Virus record (IMG/VR): IMGVR_UViG_3300032167_007852
Location: 62,001-126,000 of that record
DNA from: an uncultured virus (IMG/VR IMGVR_UViG_3300032167_007852)
Taxonomy: Duplodnaviria > Heunggongvirae > Uroviricota > Caudoviricetes
Direction: 5' to 3' (one strand)
Length of the DNA: 64,000 bases
Shown: positions 16,163 through 27,262 of the stretch, in pieces
How positions within the stretch are numbered: position 1 is the first letter of the stretch
Layout of the letters: each line of letters starts with the position of its first letter
Notes under the pieces: generated by a model
Seen by the model: the letters and a program-made list of their open reading frames with translations, nothing else
Database searches by the model: none
What the model was told of the DNA's origin: nothing
Program-made: the position numbers and the translations under genes

Positions 16163-17938
16163 ATGAGTAAAAATAACAAATTATCTTTTAATGTATATGT
16201 TGATGCGGACACAAGATTAGCTAAAGTAAATTGTGTTGAGCAAGTAGGAGCGATAATATCTTACACAGAAGCATATGATGAATTTGCCAAAACTCATAAA
16301 ACAACTGCAGAAAATTTAGACAAGGTTCTCAAGTCTTTAGATGATGTATTTAAAGCTGGAAATATAGAAAACGATGTAGAATTGGTTAGAGTGTCTATGG
16401 CTATGTTAGAAACTCCACCATTCATGTTTTACCTAGAATATTTAGAGGATACAGTTTCAGAAAAATTAACATTCAACAAAAAACCAAATGATATATTTGG
16501 TATGCAATTCGAACAAATATTCCCACCGATATTAGGTATGAAAGGAGATGTTCCAGATATGTTAGGAATGGATAATTTTATGTTAGGTTCTAAAAAGAAA
16601 GAAGAACCTAAGAAAGAAGAAGCTAAGAGAACAACATTAACATTTGATGATGTTGTAGGTATGCATGAAGTAAAAGATAAATTAAGAGATGTTATAGATC
16701 AATTTAAAAATGCTGAAAAATATAAAGCATGGAATATAAAACCTATAAAAGGTATATTATTATACGGTCCATCAGGTACAGGAAAATCTTATATATCTGA
16801 AGCATTTGCTAATGAGATAGATGCAAAATTCTTCCCATTATCTTCTGCAGATATAATAAGTAAGTACCTAGGTGAATCAGGTAAGACAATAAGAACCAAA
16901 TTCGAAGAAGCTAGAAAACATCCTTTATCAATAATATATATAGATGAGGTTGATTCAATAGCTGCTAAAAGAGATGGTTCAGAAAACAATAAAGAAAGAA
17001 ATGCAACATTAAATGAACTTCTAGTTCAAATGGCATCACCAGAAAATGATAATGTTATAATGATATTTGCTACAAACATGCTTGATCTATTAGACCCAGC
17101 ATTCTTAAGATCTGGACGTTGTGATTTTAAAATAGAAGTTTCATTACCAGATTTTGATTGCAGAAAAGGTATATTAGAGATAAACTCTAAAGGTAGACCA
17201 TTAGCAGAAGATGTAGATTTTGAAAAGATAGCAAGAAACATGAGTGGTATGAACTGTGCAGATATGGCAGTTGTTGCAAATGAAGCTGCACGTAAAGCTT
17301 TAAAAGCTGGAAAAGATGTAATAGAAGCAGAAGATTTTGATAAAGCATTTGAAGAAATGGTATGTGGTGCTAAATCAGAAACTAAGAGATTAGGTGAAAA
17401 AGAAAAAGACATAGTTTCAATACATGAAACAGGTCACCTATTTGCTAATGAAATATATAAAGTTAACAAAACTAAAAAGATATCAATATTACCTAGAGGT
17501 ACAACTTTAGGATTTGTAATGCATGCAAACGAAGAAGAAGATGATAAATTCTTACAAAGTAAAGAAGAATTAATGAATAGAATAAGAGTTAGCTTAGCAG
17601 GTAGAGCTGCTGAAGAAGTATTCTTTGGAGATGTAACAACAGGAGCTGCAAACGACCTAGAAAAAGCAAATAGTGTAGTTGAAGCTATGATATGTAATTA
17701 CGGTCTTGTAGCTGAATTAGGATTATCAACATTCAATTTAAATAACCCAATGGTTATAGGTCTAATACAAGAATACAAAAATAAAATATTAGACAAGTGT
17801 TATGAAGATGTTATAAAAATGGTTGTAGAAAACAAAGAAAAAATGAGAGAATTTGCAGATGTGTTAAAAGAAAAAGAAGAAATGACAGGAGCTGAAATAG
17901 AAGAAATATTATATCCTGAAACAGCAGATGCTGAATAA
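16163..17938 (+). CDS. ftsH: FtsH-like AAA+ zinc metalloprotease without N-terminal TM segments
   Basis: TFDDVVG, GPSGTGKS, IYIDEVD, LDPAFLRSGRCD, HETGH zinc motif, LAGRAAEE, TTGAANDLEKA. Confidence 0.9.
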   Translation: MSKNNKLSFNVYVDADTRLAKVNCVEQVGAIISYTEAYDEFAKTHKTTAENLDKVLKSLDDVFKAGNIENDVELVRVSMAMLETPPFMFYLEYLEDTVSEKLTFNKKPNDIFGMQFEQIFPPILGMKGDVPDMLGMDNFMLGSKKKEEPKKEEAKRTTLTFDDVVGMHEVKDKLRDVIDQFKNAEKYKAWNIKPIKGILLYGPSGTGKSYISEAFANEIDAKFFPLSSADIISKYLGESGKTIRTKFEEARKHPLSIIYIDEVDSIAAKRDGSENNKERNATLNELLVQMASPENDNVIMIFATNMLDLLDPAFLRSGRCDFKIEVSLPDFDCRKGILEINSKGRPLAEDVDFEKIARNMSGMNCADMAVVANEAARKALKAGKDVIEAEDFDKAFEEMVCGAKSETKRLGEKEKDIVSIHETGHLFANEIYKVNKTKKISILPRGTTLGFVMHANEEEDDKFLQSKEELMNRIRVSLAGRAAEEVFFGDVTTGAANDLEKANSVVEAMICNYGLVAELGLSTFNLNNPMVIGLIQEYKNKILDKCYEDVIKMVVENKEKMREFADVLKEKEEMTGAEIEEILYPETADAE

Positions 17939-17944
17939 TTTAAT

Positions 17945-17975
17945 AGCCTATGGGATTATTCTCATAGGCTTTTTA
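17945..17975 (+). terminator. intrinsic terminator
   Basis: AGCCTATGGGA/TCTCATAGGCT stem followed by a T run. Confidence 0.8.
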
Positions 17976-17982
17976 TTTTTAG

Positions 17983-18022
17983 TGTAAAAACAATAACTTT
18001 TAATTATATATTATGTAAATGA
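17983..18022 (+). promoter_or_regulatory. phage early-type promoter motif, copy 4
   Basis: TGTAA-N10-TTTTAATTATATATTATGTAAATGA. Confidence 0.65.
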
Positions 18023-18047
18023 ATATAATTATAGGAGGTAAGATTAT

Positions 18048-18794
18048 ATGATAAATTATGGATATGGAAATTGTATAATAGCAATAGAAGGTGATGAAAA
18101 CATTTATTCAGTAGTACCTTATTATAAAGGTATTAGTTTAGAAAAGAATACAGGATATTTAAGAGATGGGTTTGTATATATCTATAGAGGAGATATATCA
18201 AGACAAAAGAAATTTAAAAATGGTATATTTACAGATAAGAAAGGAAATGTATATTTCTCATTAGATCCTGAAGAAAGTGAAAAGTTTGCATTTGAAAGAA
18301 TTAAAGACGATTCAATTCAATCAATAATTAAACAAGCAGAACAGGTAGACCCAAATCTTAAACGTAAGATAATGAAACAGATAACACAATCATCAGATAT
18401 ATATTTACCAGAATTGGATCCAACTAACGATGATTGTTTCAAACATCTTGTAAAACTTATGTTACATGAGAAGAAGATAGATTTAAAACAATACAAGCAT
18501 CTATTTACAAAAGCACATTTCTTAACAAACTTAAAAGCTGCGTTAGAAGTTAAATCTTCAGCAGATGGTAAAAGAGGTTCTTTAACAACAAGTAATTTAT
18601 TTAAGTGGTTAAGTGTTTTAGGAATGGATATTGAGATAGTATGTAAAGATGCAGAAGAATCAGAAGAACCTTGTGGAAAGATATTTTCATATAACAGTAA
18701 AGATGGCTTTAATGTTGAATGGAATGAAGATTACGAATATATAGAAAATGACGATTTCGAAAATGAAGAAGATAATGAAGGAGACGATGAATAA
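18048..18794 (+). CDS. hypothetical protein, possible C-terminal HTH and acidic tail
   Basis: SLTTSNLFKWLSVLGMDIEI resembles the end of an XRE-type HTH; weak evidence. Confidence 0.55.
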   Translation: MINYGYGNCIIAIEGDENIYSVVPYYKGISLEKNTGYLRDGFVYIYRGDISRQKKFKNGIFTDKKGNVYFSLDPEESEKFAFERIKDDSIQSIIKQAEQVDPNLKRKIMKQITQSSDIYLPELDPTNDDCFKHLVKLMLHEKKIDLKQYKHLFTKAHFLTNLKAALEVKSSADGKRGSLTTSNLFKWLSVLGMDIEIVCKDAEESEEPCGKIFSYNSKDGFNVEWNEDYEYIENDDFENEEDNEGDDE

Positions 18795-19069
18795 TGAAGA
18801 TAAATGAGTGCTTATATGAAGGAATAAAGAAAAACTTAACAGAAGACCTGTTAATTGCATATGAAGTGTTTAAAGAAGAAGGATACGAAAACCTTGAAGG
18901 AGTTATATTAAGTCTGAATTCCTCCAAGGGATTCGGATCTTTTCTTGTAGCAAATCCATCAAAAATGGCAGATTTTTCAAATCATATTTATGAGAATATT
19001 GAGTTCATTGTTCATCTTGCATTTAGTAAAGACCAAGAAGATGAATTCTACCCGTTAATTGAAAAATAA
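18794..19069 (+). CDS. hypothetical protein
   Basis: 91-aa ORF overlapping the upstream stop codon. Confidence 0.6.
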   Translation: MKINECLYEGIKKNLTEDLLIAYEVFKEEGYENLEGVILSLNSSKGFGSFLVANPSKMADFSNHIYENIEFIVHLAFSKDQEDEFYPLIEK

Positions 19070-19118
19070 TAAATAGATATACAATATGATAGAAAAATAA
19101 ATAAAAAATTGGAGGTAA

Positions 19119-20054
19119 TTGGTTATGGATTTCTTTATATGGAATAAACAAGATACAGTTATGGGGTTATCTGCAAATGTATTATTGAATAGTAGATTAG
19201 ATTTCTTAAGAGATGAAGTTATTGTAATCCATAAAAAAGGAGATAAACGTAATGTAGTTATGATGGAAACAGCAACTAGTCTTAGAGAAACTTATGATAT
19301 AGAAAGTAACGATCCTCAAATTATAGGATTGGTGGTTTCTGTGATCCTAGCTCAAGAAGATGCTGAAACTGTACGTGAAATGCTTCAGAAAATGGATGAA
19401 GATAATAAGGCTAACGAAGATATAGATTTAGTTGACGAATATACAAAATTATTAGATGATTTATTAAAAAGAGATATTGAAAATGAAATGAAACGTAATG
19501 ATGGAAGGTCAATAATACCATATATGCCACCATATATGGATGCTGAATGTAACATAATAGATTTAGAAGATGTAGAATCTGCACAAGTTAAAACATTAAC
19601 TGTCGTATTAGAACATGCATTTATATCTGAAGTTTCAGATGTAACTGAACTACGATGTATGTCTGGTTTTAATGAAAAATTAAAAGAACTTGAAGCAAGA
19701 AGAGAAAAATATGTAAATGAATCAGATTTCGCTTCAGTTGAAATGATAACTAGACAAATTGATGAAATGGAAGAAGATATATTAGATTCTTGTGATGCTA
19801 CATTAAAAATAGAAGCTACAAGAATTTATCAATATGAAAATAATGTTATAATAGATTGTGCTAACGGTCAAACTATAATCATGGATAGTGATGTTGTAAA
19901 ATCATTAAAATCATCATCTATAGAATATGAAAAACGTGACGGTAAAGCAGATGAAAAATATAGAGTTCATTATAAAACAGTAGAAATAAAATTAAGTGAA
20001 TGCTATAACGAAGTTAAAGAAAGAGGAAATACAGTATTTGTTATTTCAATATAA
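19119..20054 (+). CDS. hypothetical acidic protein
   Basis: 311-aa ORF with SD. Confidence 0.7.
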   Translation: MVMDFFIWNKQDTVMGLSANVLLNSRLDFLRDEVIVIHKKGDKRNVVMMETATSLRETYDIESNDPQIIGLVVSVILAQEDAETVREMLQKMDEDNKANEDIDLVDEYTKLLDDLLKRDIENEMKRNDGRSIIPYMPPYMDAECNIIDLEDVESAQVKTLTVVLEHAFISEVSDVTELRCMSGFNEKLKELEARREKYVNESDFASVEMITRQIDEMEEDILDSCDATLKIEATRIYQYENNVIIDCANGQTIIMDSDVVKSLKSSSIEYEKRDGKADEKYRVHYKTVEIKLSECYNEVKERGNTVFVISI

Positions 20055-20118
20055 AACAAACAATACTCCAACCATTATATGGTTGGAGTATATCTTTTAT
20101 TTTTAGGAGGTTTGATAT

Positions 20119-22734
20119 ATGAAAATAACATATTTAAAATTAGAAAACTTTGTTAATATTAAAGCTGGAATGAAAAAGACAAAAGTTGAGATAGATTTAA
20201 GCAATAGTAAAAATAATCTAATATTATTATGTGGACCTAATGGGACAGGTAAAACAAGTTTATTATCAGAATTACATCCATTTGCCAATAGTGGTAATAT
20301 GGATGTTAGAGGAGAAACCAATCTTATTATAGAGGGTAAAGACGGATATAAAGAAGTTCATATAGAAGATGGAGAAGATAAATACGTTATTAAACATCAC
20401 TATCTATTTTCTAAGAAAACTAAATCTGTTAAATCTTTTGTAACTAAAAATGGAGTAGAATTAAATCCTAATGGTAACGTTAAATCATTTAAAGAAGCTA
20501 TAAACGAACAGTTAGGAATAGACCATGAATTATTAAAACTGATGAGATTAGGAAGTAATGTAACAAGTCTTATTAACATGAAATCAACTAATAGAAAGAA
20601 TTTTGCAACTAAACTATTTTCTGATATAGAAGTATATAATGGGTTCTATAAGAAAGTTTCAGAAGAATATAGAAATATTAGAGCAGTTATGAAAAGCACA
20701 GCAGATAAAATAAGTAAATTTAATATTCAAGATGAGGCTGAATTTGATAAGCAGATAGAAGTAACACAACATGAAGTTGAATTATATACAATAGAAAAAG
20801 AAAGATTGCAAAGAGAAATTACAACTATGGAAAATAAAATACATGATATAAAGATAGATGATGAGGAGTTAGTCTATGAAACATTTAAATCTTTAGAATC
20901 AGAATTAAATTCGGCTAACACCCTTCTAGCATTAGTAGCAGATATCAATATGTCTAAAGCAGAATATGAATTGTTGTGTGAAACTAATAAACAACAATTA
21001 GAATTAGCTTTATTAGGATATAAGAGTAATATAGATAAAGCAATATCTGAAAGAGATATATATTATAACCAAAAACAAGATTTAGAAGAAACTATGAAAA
21101 GAGCAGCTTCGGCTGAAAGAATAAGTAATCTTAAATCAACTATAAACGAATATAAAGTTAATATAGTTAGATTAGAAAAAGAATTAGAGAATAGAAATAG
21201 ATATGACAAAACAGTTCTCTTATTATTAAAAGACCATTGTCAAAAGACGATGGATTATGTAAGAGATTTAGAAATATATAAAGATTCTGATATAAAACGA
21301 TTAATGGAAAGCTTGTTAGATAATGATGATATATTAAAAAGAATGGAAGATATAAATAATAAAAATAAATCTATTTATGATAAACTTAATGCTGATATTA
21401 TTAATATAGAGAATATGAATTTAGAATTTGACATAGATTTAGGTGATGATAGTTGTACAGAAGATTGTCCTTATAAACAATTTTATTTACAAACTATAGG
21501 TAAGAAAAATAATCTTAATAAATATATAGAAGAAAGAAATGCTATCAATAAAGAGATTCTTAGATATGAAGAACTATATAATCTTTATAATAATTTAGTA
21601 TTCATAAAGAATCATATTGAATCTTATGAACATGAATTCCAAATACCTATAGAATATAACTATGCAAGTTGCTTTGAGAATTATATAATGAACAAACCTG
21701 TCGTTAATAGCAATTTATTAAATTTAGCAATAGACGATTCTGAAAAATTTGAGTTGTTAGAGAAATATAAAAAAGATTTAGAAAAATTTGAAACTGAATA
21801 TGATTTAATCAAATCATCAGGTTTAGATATGATAGAAATAGAAAATAAAATATTAGATATAAATGATAAGATAAATGAAAGAGATGCTATAATACGAGAT
21901 AATACAATATTGAGAGACGAAGTTGAAGAAGAAATAGCTAATAATGAAAAGCAAACTGCTGAATTATTAAAAGCTTTAGCTTTGAGAGAATCAATGGAAG
22001 AAATGAATAAACGTTATGAAGAACTTAAAGCAAGAATAGAAGAAATAAACAATTTAAAAATTGAAAAGAATCGTTGTCTCAACACAATGAATTCTAATAG
22101 AAACGAATTGATGAAAGTAAATGAATTTATAACTAAACTAACTGCTAAGGCTAACCAATTAGTATTTAGTAAAGAAACATATAATAATCTAGTAACTGAA
22201 CATAATGCTTTAAAATTATTATTTGAAGATGCAGACATTATCAGAGATTCATTAAATGCTTCTAAAGGTATTCCATTAATATTCTTACAAGTATATCTTA
22301 AAAACTGTCCAATAATGATGAATAACTTATTAGATACAATTTATAACGGAGAACTTCAAATAGAAGGATTCTTAATAGATGAGAATGAATTTAGAATACC
22401 ATTTAATAAAGCAGGTATAAGAGTTCCTGATATAGCATTTGCAAGTCAAGGAGAATCTAGTTTCATTTCCATAGTATTAAGCTTATCTTTAATAATACAA
22501 AGTATGACAAAATATGATATAATATGTTTAGATGAATTAGATGGACCGTTGGATACAAAGAATAGAGAACAGTTTATAAAAGTATTATATGAATTCATAA
22601 GACAAACAGGAAGTGAGCAAATATTCTTAATTAGTCATAATAACGTATTTGATAATGAAGCTGTTGATTTAATATTAACTGGAGATATAGATATAGAGAA
22701 CTTTAAATTTGGGAATATGTTATTCAGACCTTAG
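20119..22734 (+). CDS. sbcC: SbcC/Rad50-like SMC ATPase
   Basis: LKLENF, GPNGTGKT, long coiled coils with a central CTEDCPY hook, ASQGE signature, CLDELDGPLD, LISH. Confidence 0.9.
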   Translation: MKITYLKLENFVNIKAGMKKTKVEIDLSNSKNNLILLCGPNGTGKTSLLSELHPFANSGNMDVRGETNLIIEGKDGYKEVHIEDGEDKYVIKHHYLFSKKTKSVKSFVTKNGVELNPNGNVKSFKEAINEQLGIDHELLKLMRLGSNVTSLINMKSTNRKNFATKLFSDIEVYNGFYKKVSEEYRNIRAVMKSTADKISKFNIQDEAEFDKQIEVTQHEVELYTIEKERLQREITTMENKIHDIKIDDEELVYETFKSLESELNSANTLLALVADINMSKAEYELLCETNKQQLELALLGYKSNIDKAISERDIYYNQKQDLEETMKRAASAERISNLKSTINEYKVNIVRLEKELENRNRYDKTVLLLLKDHCQKTMDYVRDLEIYKDSDIKRLMESLLDNDDILKRMEDINNKNKSIYDKLNADIINIENMNLEFDIDLGDDSCTEDCPYKQFYLQTIGKKNNLNKYIEERNAINKEILRYEELYNLYNNLVFIKNHIESYEHEFQIPIEYNYASCFENYIMNKPVVNSNLLNLAIDDSEKFELLEKYKKDLEKFETEYDLIKSSGLDMIEIENKILDINDKINERDAIIRDNTILRDEVEEEIANNEKQTAELLKALALRESMEEMNKRYEELKARIEEINNLKIEKNRCLNTMNSNRNELMKVNEFITKLTAKANQLVFSKETYNNLVTEHNALKLLFEDADIIRDSLNASKGIPLIFLQVYLKNCPIMMNNLLDTIYNGELQIEGFLIDENEFRIPFNKAGIRVPDIAFASQGESSFISIVLSLSLIIQSMTKYDIICLDELDGPLDTKNREQFIKVLYEFIRQTGSEQIFLISHNNVFDNEAVDLILTGDIDIENFKFGNMLFRP

Positions 22735-22774
22735 TGTAATAAGGTCTGAATTTAATGCTATATTATATAAGTGA
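22735..22774 (+). promoter_or_regulatory. phage early-type promoter motif, copy 5
   Basis: TGTAA...TTTAATGCTATATTATATAAGTGA with the same 36-nt TGTAA-to-GTGA spacing. Confidence 0.7.
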
Positions 22775-22802
22775 ATAAAAGATAAATTAGGAGGTAAATG
22801 TT

Positions 22803-22997
22803 ATGAGAATAATGTTATTAATTACATGCTTATTATATGGTTTAGTAATAGCAGGTTTATTTGGTAATGAAGCAAACTTTAATCAAATATGGGTTTGGTC
22901 TTCATTTATATTATTCGTTATAAATAATGAAGTTGCTAATGGTCTATTAGTAAAATTAGGATTATTTGAAGGGGAAGATGAAGAAGATAACGAATAA
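22803..22997 (+). CDS. small membrane protein with an acidic tail
   Basis: two hydrophobic segments; AGGAGG SD. Confidence 0.65.
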   Translation: MRIMLLITCLLYGLVIAGLFGNEANFNQIWVWSSFILFVINNEVANGLLVKLGLFEGEDEEDNE

Positions 22998-23023
22998 TTA
23001 ATATAATATGGAGGGGTTTTGCT

Positions 23024-23476
23024 ATGAGTATAAATTACGAAAAGTTATCTGAAAAGTTATCTGAGATATTAGAATATGATTGTTGTTATGGTAGACCTGA
23101 AGATATATGCCAAGAATTAATGATTGAATATGGTAGATATTATGACAAAGGTACAGTATATCATGGAGCAAGTTGTCATACAGAAGAAGATGTGAGAAAA
23201 TCTTATTATGGATTAATATCATGTTCATACGATAAAGAAATTGCAGAAAGTTTTGCTCAATCATATTTCAGTGATACAAAAGATGAACAAGGTTCAGTAT
23301 TTAAAGCTGACATCAGTGGTGTATTCTGTTTAGATGTTCAGCAATTGATAGAAACATGTTATAGAAACTGTCCAGATAATGAATTATGTAAATATTTATA
23401 CGAAGCATATAATGGCGAGAATGAAATGTTATTATATTATGAGGATATAGAAGATACGATAGAATTTATATCATAA
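23024..23476 (+). CDS. ADP-ribosyltransferase-fold protein
   Basis: VYHG ... ISCSYDKEIAESFA ... GSVF ... ENEMLL follows the ART strand order (aromatic-R/H-G, SxS, ExE). Confidence 0.55.
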   Translation: MSINYEKLSEKLSEILEYDCCYGRPEDICQELMIEYGRYYDKGTVYHGASCHTEEDVRKSYYGLISCSYDKEIAESFAQSYFSDTKDEQGSVFKADISGVFCLDVQQLIETCYRNCPDNELCKYLYEAYNGENEMLLYYEDIEDTIEFIS

Positions 23477-23517
23477 AAAAGATGAATAGGGATAACCCTA
23501 TTCATCTTTATTTTTTT
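23475..23517. terminator. bidirectional terminator between convergent genes
   Basis: AAAGATGAATAGGG-ATAA-CCCTATTCATCTTT flanked by A and T runs. Confidence 0.75.
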
Positions 23518-24034
23518 CTCCAACTAAAGAAAATAATCTATCTATATCATCTGGTTGATGACCATCAAATTTAGGTGCTTCTTCTAACTCTTGGACTTTA
23601 AATTTATCCCACCAATCTTTATGATAATGATAAGAATATTGTCCTTCAGGTGTATTTACTCCAACTATAAAATAATCTTCATACATTGGAAAATTTTCTT
23701 CATGATGGTGTTTCCAACTCTTCCATGCATTTTCTGGATATGTGTTACATATAACAGCAAATAATGAAGCTCTATGAGCATATAGTTCATTAAATGTGTG
23801 TGAACCATCCGATATTTCACCAACGGTTTCAACGTCAAAAACAAACTTATGATTTTTATCAATCTCATCATAATCTTTAAGCAATTGTAAAAGTTTTAAC
23901 CACATACCTATCTGTATTTCTATCTTATCGTTTGTAAGATATCCTCTTTTCTTACCGTCTAATTCTAATATTATATTTTCTATTTGATGTATTAAAAAAT
24001 ATTTATCTAACACATCTATTTTATTTTTGTCCAT
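23498..24034 (-). CDS. conserved phage protein with a (W/F)DGH C-terminal motif
   Basis: SDGSHTFNELYAHR..LF, AWKS..H, GQYSYHY, APKFDGH. Confidence 0.65.
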   Translation of the reverse strand: MDKNKIDVLDKYFLIHQIENIILELDGKKRGYLTNDKIEIQIGMWLKLLQLLKDYDEIDKNHKFVFDVETVGEISDGSHTFNELYAHRASLFAVICNTYPENAWKSWKHHHEENFPMYEDYFIVGVNTPEGQYSYHYHKDWWDKFKVQELEEAPKFDGHQPDDIDRLFSLVGEKNKDE

Positions 24035-24044
24035 ATTATACCTC

Positions 24045-25055
24045 CTAACAGAATTTCTCTATTACTTTATAAGATCTACCATAAGCATCGGTTGCCCAAG
24101 CTCCATCGGCAGAGAATTTTACTTTACCTAAATCTTTACGACTTGGTACTGGATAATCAGGAATTCTTTGACCATCTTTATCAATAGCTATAATTTCCCA
24201 AGTATTATCTACAGCACTTCTCATTATTTTTAATTCTGGTTTTAAATGTTCGTATATTATATATTTCTCAGCTTCTATACTTCTAGCATTTAAACCTGAT
24301 TCATTTTCCAATCTTTCGTTTATTATATCATGAATAGCTTCTTGAGCATCTGGTAAAGCATTTGCATATTCTATATCATCATCATTAGAATAATCTGGAT
24401 TTGAGAAATGGAAATCTGGATCACCATTTAATGCTGAAACAAAATTATTTCTTCCAACACCCATTATGTTTTGGAAGAAGCTATTAGCATCGTCTTCTAA
24501 TGAACCGTCTCCACCCATTTTAGCATATTTACCATCAGCTTTAATTTTAAGCTCTTGTATATTCTTTTTAAGTGAGTTTATTTCTTTTATAATTTGTAAT
24601 CTATTTGTTGTAGATGATAATACTGATTCTATTAAATCATTTAAGTATTTAGAAGAACCTTTAGCTTTATTACCATCCATAGCATCGTATTTTTTAGTTA
24701 ACTTCTTATTAAATTTATTAGCTTCATCAAGTAAATCGTAAAGCATTGCCAACTCCTCAGCAAACTCTTTCTTAAACTCATTTTCATCTTCTTTATATTT
24801 ACTATAGGACTGCTTTCCTCTTCTTGAGTATTTATCAAGAGGTTCTTCAATATATTCACCATTATCCCAATTATCAATAGCTTGATAGAAATCATCTGAT
24901 TCATCAAACTCTGGTAATATATCCATAGGATCTTGATTATCTAAATCTGCCATTAATTGCTCATAATCGGCAATAAAATCATAATCTTCAGGCATATTAA
25001 AGCTAGTATTATCTTGAATCTCCTCATTGTTTAAGTCATTGAACATATCATCCAT
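24045..25055 (-). CDS. hypothetical protein (acidic N-terminus, coiled coil)
   Basis: 336-aa ORF with SD. Confidence 0.7.
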   Translation of the reverse strand: MDDMFNDLNNEEIQDNTSFNMPEDYDFIADYEQLMADLDNQDPMDILPEFDESDDFYQAIDNWDNGEYIEEPLDKYSRRGKQSYSKYKEDENEFKKEFAEELAMLYDLLDEANKFNKKLTKKYDAMDGNKAKGSSKYLNDLIESVLSSTTNRLQIIKEINSLKKNIQELKIKADGKYAKMGGDGSLEDDANSFFQNIMGVGRNNFVSALNGDPDFHFSNPDYSNDDDIEYANALPDAQEAIHDIINERLENESGLNARSIEAEKYIIYEHLKPELKIMRSAVDNTWEIIAIDKDGQRIPDYPVPSRKDLGKVKFSADGAWATDAYGRSYKVIEKFC

Positions 25056-25079
25056 ATTTATTTCCTCCTTTATTTAGTT

Positions 25080-25622
25080 TTAATAAAACACATCATCATC
25101 GTAATAATTTAAAATTGCATTATGATAATAAATAACATCTTCTAAAGATAATGGTGTAAAATTATGTGCATCAGCACTTACACAAAGTCCATATTTTTTA
25201 ACCATACATAATTTATGTATATGACCATAACACACAAGTGTTTTATCATCCAATATCTTATCTCTTACTCTCGATGGTTCATGCGTCATAGTTAGATTGT
25301 ATTCTTTACCTTCATGAACTATTTTTGTCTCGTGTATGAATTCATGTATTTCTTCAAATTGGTCTTCATGACCTTCCAGTAATTCAGGTTTTTGTCTTTC
25401 ATAATTTCCTTTAATCAATATTTTTTTACCATTAAGCAAAGGTAAAATATCCATTATACCGAAATCCCCTAAAACATATACCGTATCTTCTGGTTTAACC
25501 GTCATGTTCCAATTCATATACATTATCAAGTCCATTTCTTTTACACTACTGAATGGTCTTTTACTCTTTTCTAAAGTTCTTTTCTGCCCGAAATGAGTAT
25601 CAGCAATAAAATACACACTCAT
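25080..25622 (-). CDS. calcineurin-like metallophosphoesterase
   Basis: ADTHFG, LGDFG, GNYE, THEP, GHIH; start chosen from the SD. Confidence 0.85.
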   Translation of the reverse strand: MSVYFIADTHFGQKRTLEKSKRPFSSVKEMDLIMYMNWNMTVKPEDTVYVLGDFGIMDILPLLNGKKILIKGNYERQKPELLEGHEDQFEEIHEFIHETKIVHEGKEYNLTMTHEPSRVRDKILDDKTLVCYGHIHKLCMVKKYGLCVSADAHNFTPLSLEDVIYYHNAILNYYDDDVFY

Positions 25623-25812
25623 ACTACAAACCTCCATTACTAATATTCATGTCTAATCTTAATATATTGTCGGGAGGTTAAAATAAAATCTTACCAGTAA
25701 TACATATAATTAATAATTAGAATATATTTCATCCATATAAAATATATGCCTTAGGTTAATAAGATATGAGAATGTGAGTTTCTCATATCTTATTAATTCT
25801 TATTTCTAACTT

Positions 25813-25824
25813 AACAAAAATATA
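25813..25824 (+). promoter_or_regulatory. AACA-N6-TA promoter of the DNA polymerase gene
   Basis: AACA-AAAATA-TA about 40 nt upstream of the ATG. Confidence 0.5.
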
Positions 25825-25865
25825 TGATATGAAATATTATTCGTATAATAAGGAGGTAATTATAT

Positions 25866-27262
25866 ATGGAATTCTTACAATTAAAAGAAACTAGAAGAGA
25901 CGATATTATGTTATTGAATGTTATTTATAATCAACCAAGTCCACAAACTAATTGGGTGGATTCTATAGATGTTATATATAAAGATTTAGCAACTGATGAA
26001 AAATATTTAGAAACTATATTAAATCCTACAATGGATGTATATTTTACAAAACCTGAATATAGAAATTATGAACATCCTAAATATGTTTTACCAGTAGATC
26101 AATGTGAGATTAAAAATATAAGTTGTAAATATGCAACTAGAGATATAGCTAAACAAGCAGGTGGAAAATATGAAGCTTATTATAGAAGTTGTGCAGAATC
26201 AAAGAATAGAAAAGCAATGAAAAATCTTCATAAGTATCCATATGTATTAGCAAGTGATTATGATCCAGAGTCATATTATAGAATACAATTTTCATGTAAT
26301 TATTTAAATGAAAAACCTAAACCAATAACTAAACTATATTCAGATATAGAGGTTGATGGTATAAATGTAGAAGGTTTCGTTACAGATGGTGTTGCACCAA
26401 TAAATGCAATAACATTAATAGATGAAAAAACTAGAAAATGTTTTACATTCGCATTAAGAAATGAAAAGAATCCTCAAATACAAGAACTTGAAGATAATTT
26501 AGATTTATTTAAACATGAATGTCATAAGATGTTTGATGAATCATATGGAGAGTTTGAATATAATATAGTATTCTATGATGAAAAAGATGAATTAGCAATG
26601 TTGAAAGATTATTTTAAATTAATTCATTTATTAAAAAGAGATTTTATAATGTTTTGGAATATGAACTTCGACGCAAATTATTTAATGGATAGAATAACCG
26701 AATTAGGTGAAAATCCTGCAGATATAATGTGTCATCCAGAATTTCCTATAAAGAAATGTTATTATTATGCAGATAGAAAAAACTTTGCAGTTAAGATGAA
26801 AAAGGATTGGTTTACAATTTCAGATTATACAGTATGGGTAGACCAAATGATTTTATATGCACAAATAAGAAAAGGTCAATCAGAATTAGGTTCTGTTAAA
26901 TTAAACATTATAGGACAAAAAGAATTAGGTGATGAAAAACTTGATTATAGTGAAGAAGCAAACATCAAAACATTACCATATGTGAATTATAAAAAGTTCT
27001 TATTGTACAACATAAAAGACGTTCTTTTACAATATGGTATAGAAAGAAAAACTTCAGATTTAGATAACTTATATACAAGAAGTATATTAAATAGTGTTCC
27101 TTATAAGAAAGTTTTCTCACAAACAGCATTATTAAGAAATAGATGTTATGTTGAATATTTAAAACAAGGTTATGTTATCGGTAATAATATAAACTTAGAT
27201 TATAATAAAGATTGGGATTCAGATGAGGATGAAGAAGAAAAAGAAAAATTCGCAGGAGCGTT
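25866..27262 (+). CDS. family-B DNA polymerase N-terminal subunit, exon 1 (3'-5' exonuclease)
   Basis: ExoI YSDIEV, ExoII FWNMNFDANYL, ExoIII YNIKDV; ends at ...FAGA-TT, the 5' splice site. Confidence 0.88.
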
